Shown here: in pieces, positions 59,247-64,000 of the stretch
Position numbering within the stretch: position 1 is the stretch's first letter
Layout: each line of letters begins with the position of its first letter
NCBI RefSeq assembly: GCF_018977255.1
Contig: NW_024704749.1
Location: 8,990,001 to 9,054,000 of the forward strand
DNA length: 64,000 nucleotides
Source: Callorhinchus milii
Lineage: Eukaryota
Reading direction: 5' to 3'
Notes under the pieces: generated by a model
Databases searched by the model: none
What the model saw: the letters and a program-made list of their open reading frames with translations, nothing else
What the model was told of the DNA's origin: nothing
Position numbers and translations under genes: made by a program

Positions 59247-61854
59247 ATCATGGTAGAGCAGTACAAACATGGAGCACTCGCAATAACTCATTCATTTCGC
59301 TCACTCACTCACTCGTTCGCATGTCACACAACCTGCCTGTTATTGAGTGACAGACAACAACAACAATTTGCATTTAAGTCGAGCCCTTAACATGCCGAGC
59401 AGTGGTGCAGCCTGACACCGAGCTCCCCACGTGGCGGAGGTGGAAGGAAAGTAGTCTTGGTCAGGGCCCGGATGTGGGGTAGGAAGGGCAGGTGCGGAGT
59501 GAACCGTGATGCCTGGGTTGCCCACAGGCCCAGTGAGTTTGAGGGACAGGCCGGGGAGGTCTAAGGAAGTTGGAGCTGCAGGAAGAAGCTGTTGAAGGAA
59601 CTTTGCCTTTCATGTCTGCCAAGTGAGAGGACACAACATCGGTGGGTCATGGCTGGAGGAGGAAGAGTAGATTTTGGGAGAGAATGCCATTTGTGACTTT
59701 GACGAGCGCTATCTCTGTGCTGCAGGCAGGGCAGACACCGGAGTAACCTCTCCTGTTACTGAGTGACAGGCTACTTACTATCCCCTATTAGTGACGTTAC
59801 TCACAGGCAGTGTTCACTCTGCAGGAAAAATAGTCTGAGAGAAGCAATGTGCCCAGCGAGTGTCCGCCTAACCCAATGAGCCCCAGTAGGTGGTCCCATC
59901 GCTCATTAGTGCCGTTAGTTCTTGACCCAAACCAGAGTGTGATACACAATAAACACAATAAATTACTCTGGCAGAAAGAGAGAGAGAGAGAGGTAATTAA
60001 ATAATTATCAGGCACTGGAATAGGAGGGAGTGGGTGTTCAGAATTACCATATTAGACAACACAGTGCAGCTTGAATTGTGGCTGAATACCAGAATTATTC
60101 ATTCATTCTTCCTGTCAGTGGCGGTGCTAATGTACACTTTAGTGGACAGCCATCAATTTTTAGCAAAGCAATTAGGAAGGGTATGAGCTCTCTCCTCTCA
60201 GCCTGACACAGTGTCCAGGCTTCGGTTGCCGCACTCGCCCGCTCTCTTTTAGTCCACGCTCTCCCAGAGTGAAAGGTTTTACCGGATCTCAAAGGTTAAA
60301 TGTGGTTCACACTATGCTCTGCGTACAGTCTTGCAGAGGACAGTGAGTGTTACCGTGTACGGTGCGTGTTGCAGTGTAAAGTGCGTGTAACTGTATATAA
60401 CAGTGTGCGGCAAATTTGATTGCGTGTGTGTATAAGCGCAGGGCAAGCTTGTGCTTACGTAGCAAGGAAAGTTTGGGGACCTCATCAGACAGAAGTTGCG
60501 CGCTCTTCAGCTCTTTGGGTGGGGGGTGGAGGGGGGGGGGGGTGGAGGGGGGGGGGGCGTCCTCTCGATGTGAAAGGCGCTATAAGAAAGCAATTTGTTG
60601 TTGTTATTACCGCTTGCCCCCCCACCACCCCATTACCGCCCTGCACCCCTCCTTGATTCAAGACATTGTTAGAAAATTATTGATCTGAAGCGAGCGGCAA
60701 ATGCAGAAGCAAGTTGTAATTGCCTGCGCTGTCCTGGTGTAGCACGGTGGCCCGGGGGAAATTTACCGTGCCGCTAAAGACTTTCTACGATGCTTCAACC
60801 TCAGAAGTATTGAATTTCTGCTGCCTGCGGATTGTCGAGATGTTTTCTGAAAGAGAATTGTATTTTTTTTTTCCAAATGTCAATGGAGTGATCCGGGCAG
60901 CATCAGAGGTCATGTCATTATCTCAGCTGCACTGACACACGTCTGTGTCGGTGTCTGCGACGGTTGTCTGTGTCCGCGTGTTGCTGCACGTGTGACGGTA
61001 AGAGAGCGAGGGTGCACGGGCGTAACCGTGGCAGACGCAATCAGACGCAGTGAGGCAGAGCCGTTCGGACCAAGGCAACAGAAACACAGACGGTTATGCG
61101 CAGACAGTCAGTCGCAGATAGTCGCAGACAAATATAATTGGGCACAGACACATATGGACAGCCACAATCAGACAGAGATAAGATCATAAGATCACAAGAT
61201 TGGTTTGGATGGAAAAAGTCCTTTCAGCCCGTGTAAAATTATCATCATCTCATAATAATAATAATAATACTACAAATTCTCGCATTTGATATCACAACAG
61301 CCATGTCAGGAGGACGTCTCAAAGCACTCCACAAGATACACTGTGAAGTGGAGTGATTGGGCGTTTTGTGGGTGAATGCGGCAGCCAATTTGCACTGGGT
61401 CTGCGATCCAGGTTATTAATATACACGGCGCACAGGAGAGGTCCTTAGACCGGGAGAGATTCCCTGTACGGACCCTGACAGCGGATGGTATTGGAATAGA
61501 CTGAACCCTGGTCGAGGGCTGTGTGGCAGAACTTCACGTTCTCCGTTGCTTCTTCGCGATGGTACAGCTGTCCCAGTGGATGCCCAGAGATTTCAGGAGC
61601 AAGTGAGTGAGTCAGAGAAACTTCCCACCCTATACAGCGGTGTGGGCATATCAGCTGACGCCTTGCTCCCAGCTCCATCCCTGGGTCTACTCACAGTCAG
61701 GCACCGTCAATACCCCGTAGAAGCGCTTCGTTAAATCATTGGCACATAATGAGCAGCAATTACTAGTGAATTAGACACTAGTAACTCCTTATAACTCCTC
61801 CTCATCATGTTCCACTGGGGGGCTCCCTCTCTAATCTATTTGTCTTTGATTTCT

Positions 61855-62387
61855 ACAACAACAAAATTACATGTGTACAGCGCCTTTCACGTCGAGAGGA
61901 CGTCCCAGGGCGCAGGACAGACAGAGCTTCGGACCCGAGCTGGGGGTCGGGATCGGGGAGGAAGCGGGGAGATCGAAACATGGTCAAAAAGGGGTGGGTC
62001 TTGAGATGGGTCTTGAAGGTGGCAAGGGAGGGGGCGAGGCGGAGGGACTGTGAGATGGAGTTCCAGAGGATGGGGGCAGAGTAGCAGAAGGCCCGCCAAT
62101 AGTGGCGCGGGCGAGGCGGGGGACGTGAAGCAGGCCGGAGCCTACAGAGCGGAGGGAGTGTACAGGGTGGCAGGGATTAGGAGGTCGCAGAGGTAGGGGG
62201 GAGCAAGACCATGGAGGGCTTTGAAGGTGAGGACCAGGATCTTGAACTGTATCCTCTTGTGATGGGAAGCCAGCGGAGTCGGGCGAGGATGGGGGTGATA
62301 GGGTCGCGGAGCCTATTGCGGGAGAGGACATGGGCTGCAGAGTTCTGAATGATCTGCTGCCTATGGAGGGAGGAGTTGGGGAATTCT
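61855..62387 (-). mobile_element. L2 LINE 3' fragment (decayed)
   Basis: IQNSAAHVLSRNRLRDPITPILARLRWLPI..GSGLLHVPRLARATIGG with frameshifts. Other L2 tails near 1690-1990, 4940-5140, 5990-6290, 24660-24730, 39900-40003, 48775-48990. Confidence 0.85.
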
Positions 62388-62699
62388 ATGTGTATGTTTG
62401 CCACCAGCACCTACCTACACACAGCTAATGGAGGAGGTGATAGGTGTCCATGATTCAATGGCTCAGCACTGAGAATCTGTGTTTGTGTGCGCGTGTGTCC
62501 CCCCCAATGCAATGCACCTTTGCTATCCCGTGGAACAAGAAGGTAGACAGCAAGAGAACTGGTCTGAACCAAACAGTGGGAGGTGACCGTAGGCACGGTT
62601 GAACAGGAAGGTCTACGCGACCTGAAGATGGGGAAGGAAGAAGGCGAGGCACAGGGATAGAGGGAGAGTGTTCCTGAGTTTTGGGTTGTTTGGGTCTGA

Positions 62700-62925
62700 G
62701 TTGTTCGAATTTGGAACGAGTTGTTCGAATTTGGAATGATCTGCCTGAAAGGGCAGTGAAGTCCCATTCGATAACAGCTTTTAAGAGAGAACTGGATAGC
62801 TATCTGGGGAAGACGGGTTCGCAGGGTTATGGTGAAAGTGACTTGCTCTGTCAAAGAGCCGGCACAGACTCGATGGGCCGAATGGCCTCCTTCTGTGCCG
62901 TAACATTCTATGAATCTATGAATCT
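62700..62925 (+). mobile_element. CR1-clade LINE 3' fragment
   Basis: RVVRIWNDLPERAV..AFKRELDSYL and tail GGGCCGAATGGCCTCCTTCTGTGCCGTAACATTCTATGAATCTATGA. Similar tails near 36590-36700, 44450-44720, 47330-47480, 51870-51960, 54320-54640. Confidence 0.85.
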
Positions 62926-63705
62926 AAAACTGGGAACACTCAGCGGGTCAGGCAGCATCTACGGAGAGAGGAAAGTGAGTTAAAGTTTCAGGTCGATGAG
63001 CTCGTGTCAGAACCAGGGCAGCGCTGCATTGAAGTGTCAGCCTAGACCATGAGCTCAAAGTCTCAAGTTGGGGTTTGAACCCACAACCTTCTCACTCAGG
63101 ACAACAGTGCTGCCAACTGAACCACGCCTTGGTTGTACGCAGGAGAAGGGGGACATTGGACGATTGGGAAACAGTGACAGAGATCTGTGAGCAGGAAGAT
63201 GCAAGCACTTATCAACAGTATGTTAATAAATCCAGGTATTAGTAACGTGGAGTTTAAATCTCATTATTGTTGGCTTTAAACCCAAATAATATGTGTTTGT
63301 GGTAGCAGTAGGAGGTTAATGAACAGCCTGTGCTTCAAACCATTGCTAATAGATTTCTAATAGACCTTTGCTGTTAAGTACATAGCAGACAGCATGTTTA
63401 ATGTTTAATACATAACGTGATTAGTTCACGGTTCTGGTTTATTTAGTGTGCCGCTGCTGAGGAGAAGAAAGGGTTCATTTTTATTCTCCTAATGAAGTCA
63501 CACCGCTCAAATGTCAAAAGAAAGAGAAAGACGGACCGATAAAAGAGAAGTCAAGGAGTGGCCTCTCTCACTCATTCATTCACTCACTCGCTTGCTCAAT
63601 CTCGCGCTCACTCACTTACTTACTGGGAAGCACTTTGAGACGTCCTCCTAAAGTGAAAGGAATTACATCAAGTGCACCTGCGGATGCTGGAAATCTGAAA
63701 CAAAA

Positions 63706-63860
63706 AGCAGAAGTCGCCGGGAGCACTCAGCAGGTCAAGCAGCGTCTATGGAGAGAGGAAAGTGAGTCAATGTTTTGGATCCACCACCTGAAACGTTGAC
63801 TCACTTTCCTTTCTCCATAGATGCTGCCTGACCCGCTGAGTGTTCCCGGCGACTTCTGCT
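63706..63860. repeat. 70-bp inverted repeat of the Penelope-like terminal family
   Basis: Arms 63706-63775 and 63791-63860 are near-exact reverse complements with a 15-nt spacer. Confidence 0.9.
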
Positions 63861-64000
63861 CTCGGACTCAAAAGGAAACTGTTTTCTTCGGGCTAAGTGC
63901 ACGTTCACAGCCACACGCTGGGACCAAAATATTATCTCACCAGAAAAAAATCACACACACACCACTTCCAATGAGAGTGGATAGGGAGTCGCTTTGTGTC

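Noticed and set aside
61449-61602. AG..GTGAGT-bounded open segment (PGEIPCTDPDSGWYWNRL..)
   Set aside because: Weak acceptor, no recognisable homology and no partner exons.

Overview
Eukaryotic, intron-rich vertebrate DNA, most likely a cartilaginous fish (inferred from shark-type Deu-domain SINEs, L2/CR1 LINEs, Penelope-like termini and protein divergence). Five protein-coding genes lie on the + strand: (1) the last 25 coding exons of EP400 (1-14589); (2) NOC4L (16581-23566), with its middle exons lost in a 25-N assembly gap; (3) an intronless chemoattractant-type GPCR, CMKLR1-like (30895-31857); (4) a complete 5-exon theta-class glutathione S-transferase (33201-37005); (5) a gene the ORF track largely misses, a 4-exon selenoprotein of the SELENOM/Sep15 family matching SELENOE/Fep15 (38838-41415). 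The selenoprotein gene has a signal peptide, an in-frame TGA (Sec) at 39695-39697, a C-terminal RDEL, a form-2 SECIS element at about 41442-41522 and a probable U12-type intron at 39754-40392. From about 41.6 kb to 64 kb I recognise no coding exons, only repeats and enhancer-like unique sequence. All homology calls come from manual translation and recalled protein sequences; no database searches were run.
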